NCBI GenBank assembly: GCA_964016885.1
Contig: OZ024742.1
Coordinates: 15,190,001-15,254,000, forward strand
Reading direction: 5' to 3'
Source of the DNA: Eledone cirrhosa
Taxonomy: Eukaryota
DNA length: 64,000 nt
Positions 43,482 to 55,069 of this stretch are shown piece by piece. Position numbers and translations under genes: made by a program. Each line of letters starts with the position of its first letter. The first letter of the stretch is position 1. The notes below the pieces were generated by a model, which saw only the letters and a program-made list of their open reading frames with translations, had not been told where the DNA came from and did no database searches.

Positions 43482-44106
43482 ATAGTAATAATAATTTGTC
43501 ATAAGAGAATTATTGTTACTATGTATAGTAGTAATAGTTTGTCATAAGAGAATTATTTTTACTATGTATAGTAGTAATAATTTGTCATAAGAGAATTATT
43601 GTTACTATGTATAGTAGTAATAATTTGTAATTTAATCAATTTCTTTATAACTAATGCATGCAACTTTATCCACATTTAACCTCTTTATAGTGCCTAGATA
43701 ATAATTATAATACAAGCACATATAATGTTTGGGTTATTGCAAAATACTTCATCTTTTGGTTCTGTAACCATTTCAAGCTCATCTGATGAAACATATTGAC
43801 AGTTTTTTACAATTTAATGCTCAACATCTCTTCCCAATACTTTCAATACTTTCTAGTTATTTATAAAATAGAGTTAAGGACACTGTATAGAAGTTATATA
43901 AATAACTCTCTCAACTAAGAAGTAAAAACTAATTGATTTATCCATTGTACCAGTGTAAATGTGTTACACTTTCAGGTTTCCTATGAAAGTGTAATTTGGT
44001 TTAACTTTTAAAATCCTGTAATAATTTATCAGAAAATATCTAAAAGTGGTGTTATCAATTTATAGTAACTTTATTAGTGAACAGATCGTGAACATTTTCA
44101 GTAAAC

Positions 44107-44382
44107 TAGAGATGGGGAACCTGCGGCCTTAAGGCCACACTTGGCCTTCTATGTCATTCTGTGTGGTCTTTTGAAAAAGAAAACAAATTTCCAAGTTTTT
44201 AATTTTTATTAATATATTTTTGTTTATCTCTTATTCTAATTCAACAAAATAACCCACACTGACAGACAGTCAGAATTAAAACATTAGTAGATCATATATA
44301 ATTATGGTTTCTTGAATGTGGTCTTATTATATTATAATTAACTTAATGTGGTCTTTCAACATGAAAAGGTTCCCCACCTCTG
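44107..44382. mobile_element. hAT-type MITE
   Basis: TIRs TAGAGATGGGGAACCT / AGGTTCCCCACCTCTG; 8 bp TSD CAGTAAAC / GAGTAAAC (7 of 8). Confidence 0.8.
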
Positions 44383-44955
44383 GAGTAAACGCGAGACTTC
44401 AAAAATTTTTTATGTGATGCAGTTTTGTACATTTCAAGATTGCATTACTAATGAAGTTTCTTGTAATAATACAAGATGTTAAAAATTAATGTCTGAGAAG
44501 TTGTCATGAAGAGGATTACAAAGAAGGCTGGATGGAAGATTATTGTTAGCTTCTGTTTGAATATTCTCCCAAAATCCATGGTAATGCAGTTTTTTTGTTG
44601 CGTTAAATTCAAATAGGCAAATATATAACTGGAATGATATATTGCCATGTCCTTTTCTTTTTTACATCTGCTTTTTGTATTCTTTGACCCAGTGACCCTT
44701 CAATACTTGTGTACATTCAAGACAGTTGTCTTTCTATTTCAAGACATGCTTCAAGCTTCAGGGATTCCTTCAGTCTCTCTTTTGTTATCTAGGTAACACT
44801 GCCTCACAAGAGAACTGCAGTTGTAGAAGTTACTTTAGTTGCATACATTAAATAACATCCCTTAACTGGCACTGTGTTGTATCTTATAAAATAAAACATT
44901 TAACCCTTTTGTTACCAACTCAGTAAAAAAGTATAAACAATTATTATTATTATTA

Positions 44956-45150
44956 AGGGCGGTGGATTGGCAGTATCGTTAGAGGGTCGGACGCTATGCT
45001 TTGCAGCATAGTTACACCCCTTTACCGACAGTTCAAATTCCGCCGAGGTTAACTTTGCCTTTCATCCTTACGGGGTCGATAAAATAAAGTACCAGTAATA
45101 CACTGGGTAATTGCTGGCCTTGTGCCAAAAGTAGAAACATTATTATTATT
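44956..45150 (+). mobile_element. Full-length Meta-core-type tRNA SINE
   Basis: A-box-like TGGCAGTATCGTT, B-box-like GTTCAAATTCC, core, (ATT)n tail, ATTATTATTATT flanks. Partial relatives at 45176-45328 and 46655-46791. Confidence 0.85.
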
Positions 45151-45619
45151 TGGAGTTCAAATTATTATTATTATTTTTAGTTCAAATCCTGTCGAGGTTA
45201 ACTTTGCCTTTCATTCTTACAAGGTCATTAAAATAAAGTACCAGTAAGTACTTGGGTCGATTTAATCAACTTTCCTTTCCCCCCAATTTGTTGACCTTGT
45301 CCCTAAATCAGAAACAACAATTATTATTAATTGTTACTATGTAGCAAGCAGGGAAAAGCAGACGTAAAATGATGATGATGATGAATAATAATAATAACAA
45401 TAATAATAAATCACCAGTGATCTTGAAAGTTATAAACAAAACAAAGTAATCCTACTCTTGTAGGTTTTTCTGCTGATTTCACCAATTACTGCTTGTTTCG
45501 TTACTTTTTTGCTGTTTTACCGCAGAAAGAAATAATTCCATTATACTGCACCAGTGGCAACTGGTGGTATGTTTCCTCTTATTATATGGACATAATCATG
45601 TATAGATCCCTGGAAACTT

Positions 45620-45940
45620 AACACACGTTAGATCGCCCTCGCATTGGCTGCCCCTCGGCCCCACCGGACAGAATAGACAAGGTGTTTCCTCAGAGGATGG
45701 TGAGGGGACACAGTGGAAGAGCTATTCCAGCTTACAAGGCTCACACCTGCGGGTAGCCTACTCTGTGTCGATGGTGGTGAGTAGGGAAGTGGTCCTAGGG
45801 CCAAGGACACCAGAAGTCTCCACTGCTGTAGGCTTGACCACAAACCTGTTGGAGAGTGACTGATATTTGGAGAGTTTATCCTCCTCCGCCTGAAGTGCAG
45901 CAGAACCTGGATTAGTTGCAGACTGCGCCAGGTTGCCATT
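45620..45940 (-). pseudogene. C-terminal fragment of a CRE-like non-LTR element (restriction-like endonuclease region)
   Basis: PGSAALQAEEDKLSKYQSL...VKPTAVETSGVLGP...RGNTLSIL fits the AA..AE..K..KY...P.AVET.G..G...RGNA pattern. Confidence 0.6.
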
Positions 45941-46342
45941 GGAGATAGTAGTGAAACAGTTTTCAGTATACCTAACAGTTATGCTGAGATGGTTGATATG
46001 CATGAATGGTCACATAACATACTTATCGGTGTTTGATTATATCTTGTCACTGTCTCTCATCTCTTGTCTGTGGGAAGTGAGCAGTGTGACACCAAACAAG
46101 ATGTAATAAAATACTTTCACTCACTTCTCTCTCGCTCTCTAAAATTTCCTGTGTCCAACCAAATTAATTTTACTGGGTGGCCACAGGCTGCACTGGCTGT
46201 CATTTGCAATGATCTGAATACCTAGGTACCAGCAGCTGATGCAGTTTTGAAGAATTAAAGACATTCTTACATTCATCCCTAGCTAGAGCTACCAAACACA
46301 ATGCAAGTATTGAAACATATGCACCTTTATATTATTCAAGTT

Positions 46343-46620
46343 GAGGTGCATGACCGAGTGGTAAGGGTTTTGGGCTGACAATCATAATGTTGTGGGTTTG
46401 ATTCCTGGACTGGGTTGCGTGTTGTGTTCTTGAACAAAACACTTCATTTCATGTTGCTCCAGTATACTCAGCTGAAAATGAGTATACTGAAAATGAGTAC
46501 CAGCAATACCTGGGAGTTTAACTCTGCAATGGACTAGTGTCCTGACCAGGAGGAAGTTTTGTACTCTCAGTCGCTTCATGCCACAGAAACTGAGAAAAGC
46601 ACCGGCCTCACGAGCCTCTT
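46343..46620 (+). mobile_element. Older CORE-type tRNA SINE with a different 3' body
   Basis: Degenerate A/B boxes, core TCTTGAACAAAACACTT...CTCAGCTGAAAATGAG, then a V-domain-like ATGGACTAGTGTCCTGACCAGG; related piece at 46812-46859. Confidence 0.7.
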
Positions 46621-47147
46621 TTGCTTGAGACATACTTTTATTTAACATTATATAAGAGTTACGTCCCTTAACGTTCTGAGTTCAAATCCCGCCAAGGTTA
46701 ACTTTGCCTTTCAGCCTTACGGGGTCGATAAAACAAAGTACCAGTAATACACTGGGATAATTGCTGGCCTTGTGCCAAAAGTAGAAACAATTATATATAT
46801 ACTCTACATAACCCTGTGATGGACTGGTGTTCTGTCCAGGGTAGTCTTGTACTCTCAGTTGGGGGAGGGGTGGAATAAGAGCAGAGGGTTTGGAAAAAAT
46901 CTGAAAAATTAATTAGGTGGGGGAGGGGCGATTATTCAAGACCTGAAAGTACCTGTACTATAACACAATTATGCTACCATACAATTCTGTGCATTAAATT
47001 ATCTTCATAGTCTCTTAGTGTTCAGTGGTATTCTATCCCTTCTCACCTGGTTTCTAGATCTACAAACATTTTCTCTACCTTTGCTGGCAATGGCATTTCC
47101 ACTTGCATCCACCTTGGCTTATACCTTCCTGCAAGGCATTCATTATT

Positions 47148-47330
47148 CCTCATCACCGTTTAATGTTCATTTATCTACGCTAGCATGGGTTAGATGAGTT
47201 GTCCTGTTGTGAGAAATGTCAGGTCAGGTGACCATGTCTTGCTCATACAGAACTGATTTTGGCTTGGTGTCCTTCCACAGCTGAATGTCCTTCCTAACGC
47301 CAACCTCATTTACACTGATTACTGGGTGCT
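47148..47330 (-). mobile_element. Degenerate RTE-tailed SINE fragment
   Basis: CGTTTAATGTTC..CTAGCATGGGTT...CCTTCCTAACGCCAACCTCATTTACA is the reverse complement of the shared tail and body. Confidence 0.7.
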
Positions 47331-47351
47331 TTATATATACACACACACACA

Positions 47352-48447
47352 CATCATCATCATCATCATCATCATCATTTTACGTCCGCTTTTCCCTGCT
47401 TGCAAGGGTGGGACGGGTCTTATTCAGCACAGCATCTCTCCACTTGTCACGGTCCCTCGTCATCTCCACCGTGAGCTTCAATGATCTGAGGTCTGTTCTC
47501 AACCACCTCCGCCCATGTTTTTCGTGGTCTACCTCTACCACGTCTTCCTTCAACTGGCATTTCCTGGCACTTCTTCACCCATCGGTCATCCTCCATGCGC
47601 ATCACATGTCCATACCACCTCAGTCTCCTCTCCCGTACACTACATTCTATCCCTCTCAGACACAGTTTCTCTCTCAACACATTTATGCTGGGTCGTTCAC
47701 GCACCTTTACACTGCACATCCAACGGAGCATGCTTGCCTCATTTCTCTCCAGCCGTCGCATATCCTCTGCGGTTGCTGCCCATGTCTCACTACCATGCAG
47801 CATCGCGCGCCCTCACACAGGCATCATACAACCGGCCTTTCGTACGCAGGGAGAAACCCTTCTTCGTCAACAGAGGAAGCAGCTCCCTAAACTTCCTCCA
47901 ACCCGTCCTTATTCTAGATACTATGGCCTCGGAACCCCCCCCCCCCCCCCTCCCATGCTAATCTGATCTCCTAGGTACCGGAAGCTATCCACCACTTCTA
48001 TAGCACCCGCCTGCATTTGAAAAATGTTTCTATCAATGCGACTTCTACTGTCTAATTTCCCTGTACATCTACTGCATAGATATTTCTCCCTACCTGTTAG
48101 TTTGCCTGCTATCCCGCTACATCTCTTGTGTACCCAGGATCTGCATTGTGTGCATTTTATAGAATTTATGCCAGTTCCTTTTCTGCATATCGAACATGGC
48201 CATTTCCCTGACGGAATCAGAGTTTTGTACTCTTTTCTACTCATCAACACTTTTGTCTTAGCTAGGTTCACTCTCAGTCCTCTTGCTTCCAACTGCTGTT
48301 TCCGTAGCCAGAATTTATTCTCTAGCTCCTCTACTGATTCTGCTATAAGAACCAGATCGTCAGCATAGAGAAGTTCCCATGGACAGCCAGTCTTAAACTC
48401 CTCTGTTATGGCTTGGAGGACTATAATGAACAAGAGCGGGCTGAGGA
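47352..48447 (-). mobile_element. 5'-truncated RTE LINE (family B) with PHD-like insert, two frameshifts
   Basis: LSPLLF..LYADD..CSIC..CTQC..HKRC..CSRC..FRYLG; coding frame runs to KTRPTLASREKRT* directly before (GAT)n. Confidence 0.93.
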
Positions 48448-48478
48448 TATACATATACATTTTTCAATATATATATAT

Positions 48479-48509
<31 letters not shown>

Positions 48510-48552
48510 AATACATATATATATATATATACACACATATATATATATATAT

Positions 48553-48860
48553 GTAGATAAATCTACCAAAAGTTTACGGTAGTGTCCAATCCGTATGAAG
48601 AACTCAATGTAATCCGGATATCATGGAAAGAAGAGATGCATTCAAAAATCACTTTCGGTGAAAGATAAACGGAATACAGAGTCAAGATAAAATATTAAAA
48701 AAATAATGAATAAAACAATGAAACAGTTCCCTACATTAAACAAAAAAAGTTCATTATTTAACGATCGTTTCTAGGACATATATGTGTTAGAATTGGCATG
48801 CATATTCAACAGATATATGTACAAAATTATACAAAATTATACAAACTATCAAATAGAATA
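48553..48860. repeat. (TA)n-flanked dispersed repeat, probably a Penelope-like pseudo-LTR
   Basis: First ~140 bp nearly identical to 63862-64000; minus strand has GAAACGATCGTT (hammerhead-like 3' half) near 48757-48772. Confidence 0.55.
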
Positions 48861-49018
48861 TACATACCAACACATACATATGCCGTATATATATATATAT
48901 AAATACATATATATATATATATACACACATATATATATACACATAAATGAAAGGTATAGAAAATATTGTAGCAAAAAGCCAACAGTATTCCATAATATAT
49001 ATATATATATATTATGGA

Positions 49019-49049
<31 letters not shown>

Positions 49050-49053
49050 CACA

Positions 49054-49202
49054 TAGGAACGAGTAGGACCCCGACGGCTGAGCTCAAGCCGTTTCGACGG
49101 CTAATTCTGGACTAGAGTCCAGAATTACCCACTCTACTACCCTAAGTATTGAGTACTTTGGTGCGTTATGGTCCACCTGGTTCCTTACCACATTTCCTTT
49201 GT
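49054..49202 (-). repeat. (TA/CA)n-flanked fragment with hammerhead 3' half and internal palindrome
   Basis: Minus strand GAAA-CGGCT-TGAGCTC-AGCCG-TC (stem III plus GUC); palindrome TAATTCTGGAC/GTCCAGAATTA; no CTGANGA upstream. Confidence 0.55.
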
Positions 49203-49302
49203 TATATATACACATGTATATATATATACACACATATATATATACACACATATATATATATATACACACATATATATACACATATATATATATATATACA
49301 CT

Positions 49303-49339
<37 letters not shown>

Positions 49340-49679
49340 GGAGGCACATAGCTTAGTGGTTAGAGCATTGGCCTTGCAATCGAAAGGTTGTGAGTTCAAT
49401 TCTCAGAGCGGGTGATGTGTTGTTTCCTTGAGCAAGACACTTTATTTCACATTGCTCCAGTTTACTCAGCTGTAGAAATGAGATGATAGGGACTGGGGTC
49501 CCTATTATTCCACTGTCGTGGAGGTGCAACGGCAAAAAAGCACCCAGCACTCACTGTAAATGAGGTTGGTGTTAGGAAGGGCATCCAGCTGTAGAAATCA
49601 AGCCAGAATCAGTTCCCGTCCCACCCTTGCAAGCAGGGAAAAAGCGGACGTAAAATGAAATGATGATGATGATGATGAT
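49340..49679 (+). mobile_element. Full-length CORE-type tRNA SINE with RTE-derived tail
   Basis: A box TAGCTTAGTGG, B box GAGTTCAATTC, MIR-like core CCTTGAGCAAGACACTT...CAGTTTACTCAGCTGTAGAAATGAG, tail shared with the RTE-B end. Confidence 0.92.
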
Positions 49680-49796
49680 ATATATTCACATATATATATA
49701 TATATAGACATATATATATATATACATACATATATACACACACACACACAGACACACATATATATATATATATATACACACATATATATATATACA

Positions 49797-49852
<56 letters not shown>

Positions 49853-49860
<8 letters not shown>

Positions 49861-50230
49861 AAAAAAAGGAAAAGAATAACTTCATTTGTAGTGTTAAAAA
49901 TTTTTGATTTAATTTTATAATATTATAATATTATGAGTTGGTAGATCTAGTAAGTTCTTTGCTAACTTCGGTGGGAAGAATTTTAAAGATTACTGGTTAA
50001 CTTTGGTTGGAGAACTTTCTCGCATTTGTCTGTGGCGATTGTCAAACTGAGATCAGGTCGTGTTGAGTCTTTAAAATTCTTCCCACCGAAGTTATCAAAG
50101 AACTTACTAGATCTACCAACTCATAATATTATAATATAAAATTAAATTAACGTTTTTTAACACTACAAGTGAAGTCATTCTTTTCCTTTCTTTCAAATAT
50201 ACCTAACTGTACCAAGGATCTCACAGATTT

Positions 50231-50235
<5 letters not shown>
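49853..50235. repeat. Fold-back element in (TA)n
   Basis: Arms 49853-49989 and 50068-50201 are near-perfect reverse complements; 78 bp spacer; ~35 bp unique right tail. Confidence 0.9.
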
Positions 50236-50298
<63 letters not shown>

Positions 50299-50679
50299 AA
50301 GTATGGTCTTTTAAAATGTCCCACACGGGTAAACATATAAGGGAAAGAAATTGAAAATACAACTGGAGTCTTTTAAGAATATTTATATATTATTTAGTTT
50401 GTCAGTTTCACAGTTATTATGATTATCAAAATACCGAGATCGGATATGATTTGAGATCAGATCAGATCTGATCTCTGTATTATTAGTCAACACTATCAAA
50501 CTGCCAGTGTTATTGGATCTGATCCATGATCGGAACTGATTCAGATCGGATCTAATCTGGCATCAGGTCTTATCCATGATCGGAACTGACCTGATCCAGC
50601 ATCAGATTTGATGTCTATATTATTAGTCAACACATGCAAACGTGGACAATTGACGTTAAACGGTGATGATTATATATAG

Positions 50680-50816
50680 AGGTAGAACACTGGAAGGTAA
50701 TATCCGTAGTGGTAGAGCACTCAGTCCATGGGACGAGTTTGGAGTCCGAGCTGATAATCCACATAAGGTGAAACAAATTTTCTCGGTATGGTGAACTAAC
50801 TGTTGTGTTACTACTT
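50680..50816. mobile_element. Rearranged copy of the Penelope pseudo-LTR at 28426-28558
   Basis: 50680-50740 is the reverse complement of ~28500-28558; 50743-50816 is a direct match to ~28426-28498 with a degenerate hammerhead (CTGATAA). Confidence 0.8.
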
Positions 50817-50825
50817 ATATATATA

Positions 50826-51040
50826 TTTATTTCACATTGCTCCAGTTTACTCAGCTGTAGAAATGAGATGATAGGGACTGGGGTCCATATCATTCCACTG
50901 CAAAGTGGTCGTGGAGGTGCCATGTTAAAAAAAGCACCCAGGCCATCAAGCTGTAGACATCAAGCCAGAATCAGTTCCCGTCCCACCCTTGCAAGCAGGG
51001 AAAAGCGAACGTAAAATGAAATGATGATGATGAATGATGA
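50826..51040 (+). mobile_element. Truncated, internally deleted CORE-type SINE
   Basis: Matches the 62246 family; lacks the CACTGTAAATGAGGTTGGTGTTAGG segment. Confidence 0.85.
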
Positions 51041-51707
51041 TATATATATATATGACAATGATGATACACATTCCTGGCTTTAGGAAGAGTTAACATTAGG
51101 CGTGAAGGGCATCTGGCTGTAAAAGACTGCATCAGAATATCCATCCAGCTCATGCCAGCATCTATGTCAGTTGATGGGACTTATGCCATAAAAAATGAGT
51201 GTTATTGGTTGTAGAGAATGATTCATCTGATCAGAATCAGAGGTGGAACTATTGATAACATTTTTTACCTGAGGACTTAGTATTTTTATTTAACTCCAAA
51301 TAATCATGTAATGGTTTAGTATCTTTACTAGACTTCTTCATGTTGTATGACATATGCAGATTAGTTAGAGCGTCGGGTTGAGACTGGCGACGCTGACCAA
51401 TGTGTCATTTTCAGCATTATGGATTAACTACAGGCCACCAGGCAAACCTCTGAGGGGGCTATTCCAAACAACATGCAGTATTATCTGGTCAGGGTCCCCA
51501 CAGTCACATACTGAGCTGTCTTTCATTTTTCATCGCTGGAGATGATGAGCTGTCCTGGCATATGTTGTGTGGATCAGATTAGTGAAAATATCATTCATTG
51601 TAAAAATTTACGGTATTATTGTAAAGACTTCAATTTTTAATATATTGCAGTCATAGTATTGTACTTTTCTAGAATGTTTTGCTGTTTCATTCATCACAGG
51701 ACATTAA

Positions 51708-51915
51708 CTTTTTAACATTTACATTACTCTATATTTACTGTTATATTTTTGTGGTGAAGGCTTTACCTCACATGATATCGACTCTATGAGATTTTGATAT
51801 TATTTATTTTGAGAACAATAACTTAACGTCAGTATGAAGTGCCAGTTATAGTCAGTTTGAGCAGAAAGAAGTGAGATAATTCTGGCCGGATATAGCAGGT
51901 GTAAATGCTAAAGAG
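51708..51915 (+). mobile_element. TTAA MITE copy
   Basis: TTAA flanks; body matches 57449-57656. An internally deleted copy lies at 53977-54137. Confidence 0.8.
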
Positions 51916-52455
51916 TTAATAGTAAATTAATTTGTAAATGTGATAGTGGGTGTCACTTGCTTAAAATGGCAATCACAATGGTATGCAAGCACATAGCCAT
52001 TTGTACCATAAAAAATGACAGTCTCTTTTTCCATCAACATTTCTAAACTAGTCTTCTAGGAGGTGATTTGTCAGATAGAATATCTTGTGATATTTGTTCC
52101 AGTTCTTTGCGTTCTGTGTTTGGATTACCCCAATGTCAACTTTTTCTTTCATATTTTTAAAGTCAATAAAATTAAGTGTCTGTCCATGGCAATAGGGGTG
52201 AAGGGCATCTGACTGTAAAAAACTGCATCAGAAAATCTATCCAGCTCATACCAACATGGAAAAGTCTATATCAGTCAATGGTACTGATGTCATAAAAATT
52301 TATATAAGTTTTATTGGTTGTAGAGAATGGCTTATCTGTTCAGAATCAGAGGTGGAACCATCCATTGGCAAGATTGTTGGGTCATCAGATGTTGGAGCCT
52401 TGTAGTGTCTGTCTGTGGTAAAAGATTTTGATTTTGGATATGTATACAAGTGATG

Positions 52456-52820
52456 GAGGCAGCGAATTGGCAGAGTCGTTAGAATGTCAAATAGAATGCT
52501 TTCTAGTATTCATTCTGGCTCTCTGTTCTCTGAGTTTAAATCCCACTGTGGTCAGCTTTGCCTTTCATCCTTTCAAGGTCGATAAAAAAGCACCAGTCAA
52601 ATACTGGAGTCGATTCTTCTTCTATATCTCTTTCTCACTCTCTCTCTCTGTACTTCTCTGGAAGAAATCTACTGTATCTACTGGAGAGGAGATGGGCTCC
52701 GGCAGGTTTAATACATTTTCTAGATATGCCGTATGTCAATATGGTGCCCCTACAACTCCTCAGGAGTTACAGGTCCATACCATGGAAGATGGACGTTAAA
52801 CGATGATGATGATGATGATG
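52456..52820 (+). mobile_element. Composite SINE: Meta-type head and core, unique body, RTE (GAT)n tail
   Basis: Core TTTGCCTTTCATCCTTTCAAGGTCGATAAA, body CTCTGGAAGAAATCT...GGAGAGGAGATGGGCTCC, end CATGGAAGATGGACGTTAAACGATGATG. Confidence 0.75.
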
Positions 52821-53049
52821 AGTGATGTTAAGAATGACCATCAAATGCAAGCTAGGTGTCTCATGAAGGAGAGAAAGTAGGAATAGGGTTAGGCATTAGT
52901 ATACAAGTGGTAGATACTAACAGATGTAAAAATTATGATGAAGAGCTTTATACTGCTTAGTCAGAAGAGTTAGTAGCCATGATAATTTTCATATCACTGA
53001 TATGTCGTCTGAATTCTTTTTTTATATACTATATTACAATATTGTTGCT

Positions 53050-53300
53050 GCTGCTTCTTCTTCTTCTTCTTCTTCTCCTTCTCCTTCTCCTCTGCTGGTT
53101 ATGGAGGAAGAGTCCTCAGACACGTCTTCCAGATGATTTTATCAGAAGCAACCATCTCTAATTGATCCTCAAGGAAGACCAACCAAGCTGGTTGGCTTTG
53201 CCCATAAAATCTGTCCAACAATTCTTTTCTTAGACATTCTAACCACATATCCATAGTATTGAAGCTCTGATCTCTCAATTTGGAGAAGTAGTGACTCTAC
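53050..53300 (-). pseudogene. Old RTE (Expander-like) 3' fragment with (GAA)n tail
   Basis: Minus strand reads ESLLLQIERSELQYYGYVVRMSKKRIVGQILWAKP; (CTT)n on plus marks the tail. Confidence 0.65.
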
Positions 53301-55069
53301 CTGGAGAGACTTCCTGATCTAGTAATGCACCCTATTGAGTAATGTTACTCCAAAGACCCTTTGGAGGAACCCCATTTCGATCAATTGGAGGGACTCCTGA
53401 TCTCTGAGTTTTGCACCCTGTTGAGTAATGTTACTCCAAAGACCCTTTTGAGGCACCCCATTTATGATTAAATGATGAAAATCTAAACTGATATTCTAAA
53501 GTCACTCAAGTGAAAAAAGACAGGAAAAAGGACCAAATTCCAAAATTATATTCTAAAAGCAACCTTATAAAATAAAAAAGCCAAATTTCAGAAATGTTAA
53601 AGGGTTAAAGAAGCCTACCTAGCAACCCTAACAAATGTCCTCCAACGTTATGGATATTGTGTCTAACACTGCTGTGTCATCAGATAAAGTGAAACCCTCA
53701 CCTAAGAATGGTGTTTGGTAAAATATATGGCTTCTAGAAAGTCTAGATCAAATTCAGAAAGATACTGACACAAACAACTGATGTAAGGTTTGAATAAATA
53801 TTAGAGATTCTTGTGTACCATAGATAAATCTAATAAGGAGCTGATGCTGTTTGGTCAAGAGTGAACTACATAGTTAGAAGAAAATATCAAAACATCCATT
53901 CTACTGAAGTTGACTACAAAGAGTATTGCTAAACAGTTGGCATTTATAGAGGAAGGTTTGCAAGTTTTTTCTTTAATCCTTTAGCATTTACATTAGTCTA
54001 TATATACTATTGTATTTTCACAGTAAACACTTTATTTCACATAATATTGAATCTACAAAATTTTGATATTATTTATTTTGAGAACAATACCTTAACGTCA
54101 GTATGAGCAGCCAGTTACGACTGGTGAAAATGCTAAATTGTCCTAATTGTGTGAATGTAATATAAAAATTCCAAGAGGAGTTCACAATGAACTTAATTTT
54201 TCCAATTTGCTGTAGAAAGAGATGTAAATATACACAAGAAAAGGATATTGTTGAGACCTGCTCTATTTTTAGTCGCCGGTCATCTTGCTTTGTTCTTTGC
54301 TTATTGCTAGCTAAACAGCTTCAAACATTTAGAGAGGGCTTCTAGTGTCAGTGTTTATCACTATAAAATCTAATATGTAGCCACTGTTTGCACCCGTATG
54401 TTTTCTTTTTTTTTCCTTCACCTTCCACATCATCCAGAGTAAGTTAGGACATGGAAATGATGGAATTAATATAAGGAAGTCAGAATCTATAAATGATGCT
54501 GACCTTTCCAGGTTGTTAGGGTCTAAATATTTCTTATTCAGATTGCTATGGTCAGTGATCAATGAAAACTTTAAATCATTCGTCTGTTACTACATCTGCT
54601 TGACAACTGTTCCTTCATAAATACACATGTCATTTTAACACTTTTGATACCGAACCACCTGAAACTGTTTCTGGTTTCTATGATAGAAATGAGATGTTTT
54701 AGAGTAAGAACTTGTGTTAAGTTATGTTCCAAACATCAGCTTAATAACGAGAAAGTTAGTTATATTTCTAAATTCTTCACAATTCTAGATTATTTAAAAA
54801 TAAATATTTGAAATTAGAAGCACTGAATTTCTTTAGAAATACAATAACCAAAAGATAAGGAACATCTCTATGTTCCACTAAGTCAGCTTATGTATCAGTA
54901 ATATTAAGAATCCTCTGTAATTTGTAGTCAATGTTGTTTGTGGAAGTCTTTTATGTTGTACTAACAATGATATTAAAACATTTTTGTTGCTGATCACAAT
55001 GTTTGACAAATCTTGCATGCAATATTTTAATGTTTGTTTTTTGTGATGTTTGACTGTGAGAAATGGTGT

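Larger units (their letters stand above)
29623..43630. repeat. Satellite B, tandem 45 bp and 43 bp monomers
   Basis: AGTAATAATAATTTCTACTGTTAGAGAATTATTGTTACTATGTAT (45) and AGTAATAATAATTTGTCATAAGAGAATTATTGTTACTATGTAT (43), interrupted by five retroelement insertions. Confidence 0.98.

Noticed and set aside
43783-43802. CTGATGAAAC as a hammerhead
   Set aside because: No stem II or separate GAAA; expected by chance.
44448-44648. 66 aa ORF as a host exon
   Set aside because: No recognisable motif or convincing splice sites.
49340-49415. tRNA gene
   Set aside because: Has A and B boxes but continues into a SINE core and tail; no complete cloverleaf.
48784-50362. YI-rich ORFs here and at 26754, 59678, 62065
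   Set aside because: Translations of (TA)n/(CA)n microsatellites.
54329-54562. Possible AP-endonuclease remnant (GYILDFIVIN)
   Set aside because: Only one weak motif; cannot be supported without a profile search.
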